Assembly (NCBI GenBank): GCA_951406725.2
Contig: OX597827.1
Coordinates: 61,628,001 to 61,692,000 of the forward strand
Reading direction: 5' to 3'
DNA length: 64,000 nt
Origin: Octopus vulgaris
Lineage: Eukaryota
Part shown: piece by piece, positions 24,091 through 36,926 of the stretch
Layout: every line of letters starts with the position of its first letter
How positions within the stretch are numbered: position 1 is the first letter of the stretch
Made by a program: the position numbers and the translations under genes
Notes under the pieces: model-generated
The model's database searches: none
Told to the model about the DNA's origin: nothing
What the model saw: only the letters and a program-made list of their open reading frames with translations

Positions 24091-25003
24091 CCTTTCCCAA
24101 TATGTGGTGCTTGAGAAGAAGACCCCTCGAGCCAAACAAAATCACAGATACCGGTGTCACGCAAATGGCACCCGTGCCGGTGGCATATAAAAGCACTCAT
24201 TACACTCTCAGAGTGGTTGGTGTTAGGAAGGGCATCTAGCTGTAGAAAACTATACCAGATCAGACTGGAGCCTGGTGCAGCCTTCCAGCATGCCAGCCCA
24301 GTCAAACCGTCCAACCCATGCCAGCATGGACGATGGACATTAAATGATGATGATGATGATGTATGGTTTGTTTGTGTTTGTCTACTCCACCCACTTAACC
24401 TGTGTTGATTTGTTTACATCCCCTCAACTTAACAGTCTGGCAAAAGAGACCAAGAGAAGAATAAGTACTGGGAGTGATGTTTAACATATCATGGAGGTGC
24501 CCTAGCATGGCCACAGTCAAATGGATGAAACAGGATATTTTTTAAACAAAAGCATCTAAAGACAAACTGTTATAAAAAGTACAAAAACTAAGAATAAAAA
24601 TAAATAAAAACTAGTGATAAACAGCCTATGAAAACTGATTAAAAATGGTAAGCCGCCTCTCCTAACAAAATAAATACTAAGATAAATAAAATAGAAGAAA
24701 ATATCTTTCTTTTCTACAACAATTATCCAGTGGTCTTTGTAGGGTCCCAAGATGAGAAGACGTCTGAAGAAGAAATGGCTGGCAGGTAATGGCAAGAGCT
24801 GGGATGAAGCTTGGATCCTGGTATTTGAGTGAGATGACAGGAAGGCTCTGGTAGCTTGATGTACTATGAACAGGAGGACCTAACGAATTAACAATAATTG
24901 CTTGATTGAAGACATCACAAATGCAATCTATGGATATGAATATCCACATATGTAGTTGACTGTATACTTACAACTCCACATGTACAGACACATTTTAGAT
25001 GTA

Positions 25004-25210
25004 CGAGGGGTTTCTGAAAAGTACCCGGCTTTCAGGGTATCACAAAAGGCCTGGTTGGAGGTCTAACCTTCCGAGATCTTTTACAGGGCTTAGACAAACT
25101 GAAGGGCCATTGCAATAACTGTATGAATCTGAGAGAGGAATATATTGAATAAAATCATAACTCTTGTATTTTCTTTTACCCATAGCCAGGAACTTTTCAG
25201 CACACCTTTG
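25004..25210. mobile_element. mariner-type MITE
   Basis: TA|CGAGGGGTTTCTGAAAAGT ... ACTTTTCAGCACACCTTTG|TA. Confidence 0.7.
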
Positions 25211-28124
25211 TATACACACACACATATATATATACATATATATTTACACACAAAATGTAGCATATTTCCTTACAATGCTGAATACACACATCATCATCAT
25301 TATCATCGTTTAACGTCCATTTTCCATGCTAGCATGGGTTGGACGGTTCGACCGGGGTCTGGGAAGCCAGGAAGTTGCAGCAGGCTCCAGTCTGACCGGG
25401 CAATGTTCCTACAGCTGGATGCCCTTCCTAATGCCGACCACTCTGTGAGTGTAGTGGGTGCTTTTTATGTGCCACCAGCATAGGGGTCAGAGGAGGCTGG
25501 CAACGTCCACGATCAGTTGGTGCATTTTACAGGCCACCGGCACAGATACCAGACAAGGCGGCGCTGGCATCGGCCATGTTCGGATGGTGTCTTTTACTTG
25601 CCACCGGCATGCATGCACACGAATACATCATCATCATACAAGTAGTGTCATTCATTCCCAAACTTTTATGGAAACAGGTCCAGCCATGGAGAATTATTAT
25701 TTGGGTTAGCAACAAGAAGGACATTCAGTCATAGAAAATGTCTCCATGAACTATGTCCAAGGTGCAGGAGTAGCTGTGTTGTAAGTGGCGTGCTTACCAA
25801 CCGCATGATTCCAGGTTCAGTCCCACTGCATGGCACCTTGGGCAAGTGTCTTCTACTATAGCCTTGGGCCAACCAAAGCCTTGTGAGTGGATTTGGTAGA
25901 CGGAAACTGAAAGAAGCCTGTCGTATATATGTGTGTACATCTGTGTCTGTGTTTGTTCCCCCAACATCGCTTGACAACCGATGCTGGTCTGTTAAGTCCC
26001 CGTAACTTAGCGGTTCGGCAAAAGAGACCGATAGAATAAGTACTGGGCTTACAAAGAATAAGTCCTGGGGTCGATTTGCTCGACTAAAGGCGGTGCTCCA
26101 GCATGGCCACAGTCAAATGATTGAAACAAGTAAAAGAGTAACCCATGCAAGCATGGAAAAGTGGCCACTAAAACAATGATGATGATGACACGTAGCAGAT
26201 TTGAACTTGGTACCATTGTGTGCGTGTGTGTATACGCATGCACATTTGTATATGTATTTCTTCTTGCACCTATGTATGTGTGTGTCCTGTAATTGTTTTC
26301 TTTGTCATCCCACTTCTCTATCTCTCCTCTCACATTACATCACATATCAATTTACTCTGCTTGACCTGACTGTCACACTACCACCACCACTAACCTTCAC
26401 TACTCCTCCCTTCACTCCCCCACCAATATTCCTCTACTCATACCAACTTCCCACTACACTCAGACACAAAATCCTTTTCCTTATCCCGCACTCCTGCCAC
26501 TTTACAACCCCCTTGTCTGATTTGCTCCCAAACAACACTATACTATCATTGACTTTCATTTCTCTCTCTCCCTGAAAGAGGATGAGTGTTAGAAACATTA
26601 ATATGTCACTTCTCTTGGATAACTTAACATTAATTTATTTCATATCTGCACAGCAATATTTTTTTTGATAAGCCTGGTACTGATCCTATTGGTCTCTTTT
26701 GCTGAACTGCTAAGTTACTGGGACATAAACACACCAACACCAGTTACCAAGCAGTGGTGGGGGACAAACAGACATAAAGACTCATACACAGATATATATA
26801 CAATGGGCTTCTTTCAGTTTCCGTCAGCCAAATCCACTCACAAGGCTTTGGTTGGCCTAAGGCTATAGAAGACACTTGCCCAAGGTGCCAGTGGGACTGA
26901 ACTCAGAACTATGTGGTTTAGAAGCAATCTTCTTACCACACATTCACACCTGTGCCTGTTACTCTTTTACTCGTTTCAGTCATTTGACTGTGGCCATGCT
27001 GGAGCACCACCTTTAGTCGAGCAAATCGACCCTAGGACTTATTCTTTGTAAGCCTAGTACTTATTCTACCGGTCTCTTTTGCTGAACTGCTAAGTTACGG
27101 GGATGTAAACACACCAGCATTGGTTGTCAAGCGATGTTGGGGGGGGACAAACAACACAGACACACACACATACATATATGACGGGATTCTTTCAGTTTCC
27201 ATCTACCAAATCCACTCACAAGGCTTTGGTCAGCCCAAGGCTATAGCAGAAGATACTTGCCCAAGGTGTCACGCAGTGGGACTGAACCCGGAACCATGTG
27301 GTTCGTAAGCAATCTACTTACCACACAGCCACTCCTACGCCCATATTGTTGATAAAGAAATGTTAACAAGCCCCATCACTAATAGCTGTTTCATATGAAG
27401 CTCAGAATGTAATGGTTCACATATACACATGCACACAAAATGAGCTTTGCACAGTTTCCGTCTATCAAATTCACTCACAAGGCATTGGTCAGCTTGGAAG
27501 TCACTTTTCCAAGATGCCATGCAGTGGGACAGGTGCACGGTCATGTTTGCACCTATTCACTCATTACTGATATTTACCAATCCTACTCTTTTACCAACAC
27601 ACCTTCATTGCTATCCACCACTATGTTCCACATTAATTGCTTTGCTTCTCTACCATTCATTATTGACATCCATCACTCTTTCACTTCTAATACAGCCTCT
27701 TCTTCTATGACCCTTTTTCTCTCTCTCTTACCACTCTAGCTCCATCCATTGTACCACTCATGCTATTTCTAACCAATCTTGTTACCAACAATTGTCATGT
27801 AGCTGCCTACCACCTTCATCTTCTCTGATACACACTCTCTCACCATGGTATTCCTTCAACACACTCTTTTCTGGAAGACAAACCCTGGAACTGTTGAACA
27901 AATGACTGAAAACAATAGGTAGAGAGTTTGCCATAAAATATTTACTGAACACTCTCCTTGCATCCACTACACTCATGGAGTGGTTGACGTTAGGAAGGGC
28001 ATCCAGCTGTAGAAACACTGCCAGATCAGACTGGAGCAAGGTGCAGCCTCCTGGTTTCCCAGATCCCGGTCGAACTGTCCAACCCATGCTAGCATGGAAA
28101 ACGGACGTTAAATGATGTTGATGA

Positions 28125-28173
<49 letters not shown>

Positions 28174-28916
28174 ATGCAGTTTTATAGATCAAAGTCAGCT
28201 GATCTTACGAATCAGTTCTAATGGATTTGTACTTCAATATACCCACTACTAACAAACATCAGTGCCTATTCTAAAGAGTTGTGGATTCTTTAACCACTGC
28301 ATATATTAATAAAAAGTTTTCTTCAAATATTGTGACTGTATCGAGTCATTTTGAAGTAATTTTTCAAAACAATATATGTATGTATGTGCACACACATGCA
28401 TACGTAGACAATGCTCAGGCTGCGAAAAATGTAAATCATAATTGTGTAAGGAGTGGTCAGACGGCAATTTCTTTTTACCAAATTCCCTTACAAGACATTG
28501 AACCGAGCGAATACATCATGATACCCAAACTAAACAGATATGTTAGATTCCAAATACGACTAGGTTGAACAGATTTGTGATTAGGTGGGTGTTCGAGCTG
28601 TCTGTTCATAAGGTTATGGTCCCTATAGAACTATATTATTATCAAATGAGTTCTTGCTTTTCTAAAACAGTAGGGTGTAATTATGGAAAAAAAAATTTGA
28701 TTGCTATTTACATACACCGGGACGAGATGAAGCGTAAAGCGACTCCTTTTGGTCCGTAAACTGCTTTCTTCATACTTCAGTTGTTTAACCTCACAGTAGT
28801 TCTTCATATAAGCAAGTATTTGAGTGCGAACAAGGAGAAAGGAGTGTGTTCAATGCTTAACGTATAATGTGACATTTTACTGGAAGATGAACCTTCATAA
28901 ATAGTTAATCTGAGTT

Positions 28917-29500
28917 TCTTACCTTCAGACAACAAATGTCAATAAAGCACAAAGAAACAGATATGCTACAGTTTACATGTATGTATCCATACATTGTTTA
29001 TTTTTTCGAACTGAAGTTATGTATCTATGCCACATTATAAAATAGTTTCTTTCTAGCCAAGCATGTCTAAAAAAATGAGTATTTACAATAATGAACAGAA
29101 TAAAATGTATCAGTGCAGAAAATGTATTACCTTGTTTTTGTTTTTATTCTTGATTCTTAAAGCTGGAACCATGTCATTATTACAATTGCTAAAGTCGTTG
29201 AAAATTATGATATTGTTAGGTGATATATTTATATAATGATTAGGCGACTAATAATTCTGTCGTAGCGACCAAATTTACAACTATTGTATAAGGTGAATAA
29301 GACAAACGGTGAAATTAGTTGTACCTTATGGAAAATAAATCCGACTTACCCATTTCACAGTTGATTCTTTTCAACTGAATTAAAACACATATAAAATAGA
29401 TAACAAGGCGGGTGATAAAATCGACTCAATCAAACACACTAAATGTTGTGTATTTGTATTATTTTATCTTTTCCGTAGGGATAGACAATAAAGATCTACA
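28917..29500 (-). promoter_or_regulatory. candidate non-coding 5' exons/donors of the minus-strand zinc-finger gene
   Basis: Repeat-poor segment with minus-strand donors GTAAGT (29344-29349), AAG|GTAATA (29125-29130) and AAG|GTAAGA (28917-28922); linkage to the gene is inferred. Confidence 0.35.
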
Positions 29501-30426
29501 ATGGGCAGGAGATCAAGCTTAAAGTCATTCAAATCCGAAACTCTTTTTCCAATTCCGAAAAAAAATAATAAACAATTAATAAAGAATAGGGAGTTAGATA
29601 AATAGTAGGACACCAGGAATTGGTATAAATTAAGAGCCAGTAAATGTATTGGAAATCGCTTCAGTCCACTATATTTTTTCCCTAGTGATGGTGTGGCCTA
29701 GTGATGGGTTTAAAGAAGTTATTTAGTTGGGGAAAGCGAGATAATTTTTAGAGAAGCTGAGAAGTTGCTTTACTAGAAAAACAAAAGAGATAACGGTGTA
29801 GGAAAGGAAGTTGTACCGCTTGAAAAAACATTCCGTGTAATTAGTTTTTTTGTTTTTTTTTAATATAATGTACCGGCAATCTTTTTTGGACTAGAAGTGT
29901 CCCGTTTTCCGGAGACAGCCTAAATAAATATATAGTTAAAATAAGAAACAAATTATGAAAGTAAAGAAAAGACTTAAAATGTATTTAACAGATTTAAATT
30001 AATACACTTCTTAAGCTGGGTCTGGTATCATACATACAGTAAGGAGGGAGATATTAGTAACCGGGGTAAAATGAGTAATTTCTGATTTCTCGTTATTTTC
30101 TCCCTATTTGTTTGAAATCATTACATTGCAGGTACTGCATCTTCATTTTGTATTGCTACATTATATTTAGGAATAAAAATTGTTCAGCATAGTTGTTGTT
30201 GTTGAAGTTGAAAGAGTCCGAAATGTAGCCAGGTGATAAGTACTTTTTTTCCAAGACATTTTCCCTCAACTTTGACCCGACTGTAATCGAGGTTGCTAAA
30301 AAAATAACTGGATAACTTTTGGCGTTTAACAATCAACATTCTTTTCTCAAATCAATTTTTTCCCCTCACTAATGTCTGATTTGATCAGGTTTCTAAAAAT
30401 GATATCTAAAATGGGTAAAATGAGTA

Positions 30427-30852
30427 CCGTAAATCCTCGAGTATAGTCCGCCCTTGAGTATAATACGCAGGGAATTTTTAGGGTGCTGTACTGCTAAAAA
30501 ACCTAAACCTTGTGTATAATACGAACCCTTTCTCTAACTTGAGTCGTGTGTAATTAAGCCAGCAGCACCTAGTCGAACAAACACTTCCGCACATGCGTAA
30601 TACAATAGTGGTGATGTTCTTAACTGTTATATGGGAATGTAAATGTTTGTAAATTGTCTTTGTTACATGTTATTCTGTGTTCTGAATACTTTTATTTCAA
30701 TAAATGTTGCTTACTGCAAGTTATGGATGATTCTTTAATGACTTCATTGCTTTTAGGCTTAGCTTAATGTATTTTCGCGCCTGACATCACAAAATGCGTC
30801 TGAATAAATAGACTCAGACATTGCTGAGAAAATATTTTTCATTTTTAACCTT
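30427..30852. mobile_element. pogo-type MITE, truncated
   Basis: TA|CCGTAAATCCTCGAGTATAG TIR; body matches 9860-10370 reversed; second TIR absent. Confidence 0.75.
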
Positions 30853-32116
30853 GTGGTGTGTGACCAGTTGAAGCACTTGGTGCTGTATTGTTTTTTGTTT
30901 TTTGGGAGGGGGGGTTAAGACAAATGAGTTGGAACTTCAGAATAAGTTTTACTTGGTTATATTTTATTTTCCGTATCATTAAGCAAAGATATGCCTGTGA
31001 TAAAAAAAACATGCACCACAATGGTTTCAGTACAGTTTTAGCAGAAAGTTTTGGAAGAATTACAAGAAAGTTCTCTGATAATTTTCTTTCATATAAATAA
31101 TTTTTTATGTTAATTTAAGAATTTGCCAGCAAAATCTTATAAAATGATGTACAAGTTTATGTTATATATGAAAATAAAGAAATTTTCCATATGACTGTTA
31201 CTTTTGTTTCATTTTGAAAAGTAATTCATTTTATGGTTAATCATTCTTTATACTTTGAATTATATATATATATATGGGAGCACCAAAATATTTTAAGTGT
31301 TTAGGGCCTTCACAGGTTTTAATCCATCCCTGCTTCTCCCCATCCCGCCATTAAAAAAAAATATATTTATTTTGTTGAGAGCGTGTTCACTGCTGTTTTC
31401 AAATATGTTCTCTTTTCCAATATTCTACCTAGCTTAGATTTTATTTTTAGAACATTCGCGCTGACATTCTGCTTCTATTCTTCTTTCTATTTCTTGTTCT
31501 TTCATTCATTCCGTTGCTCCTATTCTGCTCTCAGATTCTGTCCCTCTTATACTGTTCTTTGGTTATCAGCCAATCCCACAGTTATAATAACCTAAAAATC
31601 AAAGATTGTCATATTTATTTAACATTACTTTTAAAAAATCATCTTCTGACCCTATTACGATTTGTTTCTAATTTAATATTTAATTTTATAGCATAAAAGT
31701 TGAGGTTTTTTTCATTACTGATATTTAAACTCTGCCCCCCCACTCTCTCATTAACTTAAATTGGGCACAAAAAACATATTTATCTTCAAAAAATCTACTT
31801 AGTTATTACCAAACTGTTTTGTGTGTATGTATGTATGTGTGCGTGTAGTTACGATGTATCTCAGATCAGTCGGAACTGAACAAACTTATATTCGAACGCA
31901 TTTCAACCGTGACCATCTCGTCTTTTTTTTTTAACCACACTATGTGAGGAATGTGATTTGGCTGCTAGCGAGTTAAGTGACTGACCATGTCTTTATAGGT
32001 TCCATAATTGTCCCCTATTGTACCTTTTATAGTATACATATGTAACATGTTCTTTTCTCATATTTGGTAAATGTTGTTGCTTAGTCCCAGGTCAGCCTAT
32101 AGTTAAAAAAACTTCT

Positions 32117-32191
<75 letters not shown>

Positions 32192-34599
32192 CTTTTATCT
32201 TTTACTTGTTTCAGTCATTAGACTGCGGCCTGTTGAAGAGTTTTAATCAAGAAAATCGACCCCAGTATTTAGTTTGGTAATCTCTCTTTTTTTTTTTAAG
32301 CCTGGTACTTATTCTATCGTCTCTTTTGCCAAATCGCTAAGTTACGGAGACATAAACAAACCAATACCGGTTGTTAAACGGTGGTGGCGGGCAAACACAA
32401 AGACACGTGAACACACGCGTGTTTCTTTGACTTTCCGTTTACCAAATCCACTCACAAGGCTTTGGGACTACATTTTTTTAAGTACTTAGGGGTTTTTTGT
32501 TGTTTTTTTTTTCTGCGAGGAAATCTGGCTTCTCTTTCTAGCAGATCGAGCGACCACCACTGAGATGAGTTTGTTTATAGAAGACATGCAGTGTATCAGT
32601 TAGTTTGGTCTGGCTGTATCCATGTCATTCTGTTTTTAATACAAAAATCCTACGGATTAATTGGGAACATTGCAGTGGTACATTGATGCATCATTCTTTC
32701 TATGTAAGTATTATTTAAAAAAAAAAGAAAAAACAACATACTCAGATTACGTTTCTGTTATATTTTACATTCAAAGATGTTGTGGTATTAATACGTTGCT
32801 CTTTCTATTGTAATTAAATTGTTTAACAATGTTTCTTTTATTATTTGACACTGGATGATAATAGTCACACTGATGCTTCGTGTTTTCATTGTAAGTGTTC
32901 TGCTGAAACTGCTTAAACGACTATGGTCTGGGGAAAGAAACCATGAAGATATTGTTGTTATTTACATACTAGTCGTGCGTTCTTATTGACTTTTATTCCT
33001 CAAATTCTGAATCATTCTTTTACTGCGATTAACCCTTTCGTGGCCATATTTCTTACAAAATACACACGCCATGTGTTTTAATTGGATTTTGTTGTTTTAA
33101 TTAATGAAGATATTTTTTCATTAAGGTTTTATTTTATTAAAAATAAATAACTTCTCTTGTTGTAGGTGAGTATTCGGGAATGTTACAACAGAATTATTTT
33201 GCGTTCAAATGTGGATGTAAATAAATAATTTACAAAGCTGACCGGTCGGTCGGTCGTACAGGTTGTCTTGTAACTTTATATATCAAACTACTGAGGATTC
33301 CTGTTGCGAATGGAAGATATAAATCGAAGACTTGCAAGAGACATCATGAAACACAACGAAATTATGAAGTAATTATTGTATTTAATAATCTGTAAGTGTG
33401 AAATTGATTATGTAATCTGCTTTCTCTTTCTTTTTTATTCTTTCAAACGCATATTGTTGATTCAAGAAATAATTCTTGTGGAAAACCTTAAGGATTACCT
33501 ACAAAACTTTTTAAATAATACGAAAAAAATGTGGCTTCCATTCAAAGTAACATTTTTTTTGTGTTTGTGTGTATCATTTAAAGTTAGATGAGTTTGTGGG
33601 TTTCTTTTTTTTTTTTACTTACTGTATTTTTAAAATCTAACTTGGAAAAGATTAGTGATACTCAGTCGAATAAATGAAAAAAAAATTGCTTTATTATAAT
33701 TAATTGGATTAAAAAGCTTAATATGGTTATCTTCACATTTTTATTTGTAAAACTATTTTTCCTTAGGCAACAAAAGTTGTTTTAATGTGTAGGACGGCTC
33801 AGTGTTTTCGAAACCAAAGAGGATGGACATCTTTATTCAAGTGTACCGGAATGTTTCATTTATTTATTGTTTTCGCTGCTTGTTGCGATTTGATAGAGAT
33901 GGCGGGGTCAGTATGTCGGTCATTCGACACAGCAGAAGGAGAATTGGGGAACAGGTCACTTTAATTCAGAGGCAGCAGTCTTTCCGTGTTTGTGAAGACC
34001 GCATTAATTGAATTGTTGTTTAATCCCTAATCAAATCCCTTATCAAAGGTTGTGTATTTAGTCTACATAACTTTCCGTTTTCCTTGCATGTTTTCCACTT
34101 ATTTGATAAGGAATAGTTGTAAATTCTTGCTAACATATTCTATATGTCATCCTATTTACCTTTCGGTAAGATGCTTTCTTTATACCATTGAAAGTATAGT
34201 TCGTACATTTTTATCTATTTATTTATTTATTTTTAATTCTTTCTTTAGGACACTTTACCAGATTAGATGAGCCACGGTGGCTTACAGTCGGAATGGAAGT
34301 TATTTTATTTAGTAAATATTATAACCATTCATGGAAACAACTGATTCGCTGACGACAAAGTTAAATTGGATGAATTTACACCAACTAAATATGGAGGGAC
34401 GCTTTGCCTAAAAGATTTGTTTCAAGATATAATCTATATATGAAGAACATCAGAGGTTAGATTTCTCATAAGCATGCAGTAAAGGCATGCTTTTAAAAAT
34501 ATACTCTTTTATAGAAACACAAGCAGCCAAGTGAGGAGAAATACTCAGAATGATGAGGTAAAGAATATTTTTGGTTCAGGCTATAACATATATAAAAAA

Positions 34600-35475
34600 A
34601 TGAAATTTAACAAAGAAATTGGTTTTTCAAATGACCGAAATAACTGTGAAATTATTTCAAGTGATGACGAAAATGCACCCAAGGATGAGATACGATTCCA
34701 ATGTAAACTATGTGGGAAATATTTCTCGACAAATTTGGCTTTATCTGTACACATTGAGATACACACTAAAAGGACACCATTAATGGAACACATGAAAATT
34801 GGGATTGAGGAAGGAACTTCCAAGTGTGAAGATTGTGGTAAATCTTTGTCTGGCTGTGATTGCCAATCTAAGAATAATGAAATACCTGGCCAGATTTATT
34901 GCTGCGAAGTATGTGGAGAATACTTTGAAACTGATTTACGCTTGATAGAACACAGTCGCTCACATGTTGGTAAAGGATACCACCACTGTTTAGACTGTGG
35001 GAAATTCTTCTTAGCCAAAAAATCATTAATGAAACACATTCGTGTACACTTTGGTGAAGAACCTTACTGCTGTGAAATTTGTGGTAAAACTTTTGCACAG
35101 TACGGTACCTTAACTCAGCATAAAGTGTTGCACAACAACAGCGAGAAAGAATATGTGTGTAAAATTTGTAGTAAATCATTCTCTGAAAGTTGTAAACTGT
35201 TGGAGCATGGTAGGGTACACACAGGGGAAAATGCCTACGAGTGTATAATTTGTAGCCAAACATTTAATAAAATGAGTATTCTAGTGAAGCACAAAAAAAC
35301 ACACATGGGCCACAGACCCTTCAGCTGTGATGTGTGCGATAAGTCATTTTTGAAAAAGAATCACTTAACAAGGCACCAAAGTTTACATTCAAGGAATACC
35401 TACAGCTGTTCCCTCTGTAAGAGATCATTTACTCGAAGAAAATTCTTAACCAATCATAAAAGGCGAGTTCACTGA
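34600..35475 (+). CDS. C2H2 zinc-finger protein, 8 intact fingers + 1 degenerate, 291 aa from first ATG
   Basis: Within ORF 34531-35475; first ATG 34600; fingers from CKLC..HIEIH to CSLC..HKRRVH; upstream acceptors at 34247-34248 and 34513-34514, so the start is not certain. Confidence 0.88.
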   Translation: MKFNKEIGFSNDRNNCEIISSDDENAPKDEIRFQCKLCGKYFSTNLALSVHIEIHTKRTPLMEHMKIGIEEGTSKCEDCGKSLSGCDCQSKNNEIPGQIYCCEVCGEYFETDLRLIEHSRSHVGKGYHHCLDCGKFFLAKKSLMKHIRVHFGEEPYCCEICGKTFAQYGTLTQHKVLHNNSEKEYVCKICSKSFSESCKLLEHGRVHTGENAYECIICSQTFNKMSILVKHKKTHMGHRPFSCDVCDKSFLKKNHLTRHQSLHSRNTYSCSLCKRSFTRRKFLTNHKRRVH

Positions 35476-36926
35476 TGGTTTCTATGGCTTTCCTTTACCT
35501 GATCATTCACCAAAAAATGGTATAGATCAGTGGTTATTTCATTGGTTGCCTTTCATAATTTGGATCTGCTTGAAAACACAAGTTGTCAGGTTTATCTACA
35601 CACAGTAAAATGTTTTTTTTTTTTTTTTTTTTTTTTTTCATTTTATGAAGTGTGTAATAATTTTTTTTCCTTTTTCAGTAACTGTATTACTTTTTTCTTA
35701 TTAGTTCGGTTATACAGCTTTAAAGACTTGTTGAAAGTTTTCCTGGAAAGAAAAAAAAAAAAAAATGAAAAATGCATCAAAGATCAAGTTAGAACAAACT
35801 CATTTTTAACACAGTCTGGGGTGTGCGTCTTTCTGAGAACTTATTTGACCATGTCCCACTGAGGAACCATGTAACTGTAGAAGGAGTCACTTTTTGATTA
35901 TGGAAGAAAAAGACACGTTTTAAATATATATGGGAATTTCTATCGTTAATTCTGTGTTCAAAGACTGAAATATCACAATATATTATACCTACACAACAAG
36001 ACATTTTAAAGTTCTGAATTTAAAGTTTATGAATTAGACAATCAAGTTCTTGTTTGGGGACAGAAAAAAGTACTTTTTTGTCTTGTTTTGTTTTGTTTTT
36101 GCTCTAATGTTTGTAAATGCATTATACTTCAGTTGGTTTGATTAATAATCTTTATGAAGGATTGTCATGATTTTAATGTTCATGATGCCATGCTTGCATT
36201 GCATGCATAGGACAATTTGTTGATGTAGATTTTCTATGGCCAGATGCTTTTCCTGTTGCTAACCCTCATTTGTTTCCAAGCAAGCTAATATTTCCCTATG
36301 ATTGGACATGCTTCCCTGGGAGACTGCTTGAATGAGAGTATTGCTCATTTATAACCATTGCGTGATGCCAAGACAATGACACACACACACACACGACAGT
36401 GTTCTTTCGGTTTCTGCTTATCAAATCCACTCACAGGGCTTTGGTTGGTCCATGGGAAGACACTTACCCTACGTGCCACACATTGGGATGGAACCCAAAA
36501 CCAAGTGGCTTTGAATCAAACTTCTTAACCACACACCCATGCCTGTATTTCTTATTCTTTTACCTAAGTGTAACATTCTTATAGATGTGTTTGTGTGTCA
36601 GTTTCCTGGTGAATACAAATGTTATTAGCCTTAGAAACAAAGATATTTTGTTTCAATCTAGTCTGGTATAATGTACACATCAAGGTATAAGACACCTGGT
36701 GATGATCAGAGATCAGATCGATTGAAACATACAATAGATGTAAAAGCAAACAATGTTTCCTCTCTGGTAACGAGGCTAATGACTAACTGAGACAAGTAAT
36801 TACTGCACTTTTATGTTGATGTCTCTATTTCTATCCCTTGATATAATAAAAATGTTTGGTTCCTCTGGACCATGAAATATATCTAATCAAAAAAAATGAA
36901 CCCACTGCTAAATGATTGAGAGTAGG

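Noticed and set aside
32851-32906. Box C/D snoRNA-like TGGATGA..CTGA..CTGA
   Set aside because: Non-canonical C box, no terminal stem and no recognisable rRNA guide; would need snoscan/Infernal support.
34249-34455. Upstream coding exon extending the plus-strand zinc-finger protein
   Set aside because: Splicing 34455 to 34515 would need a frame that has TAA at 34430-34432; treated as leader with uORFs.
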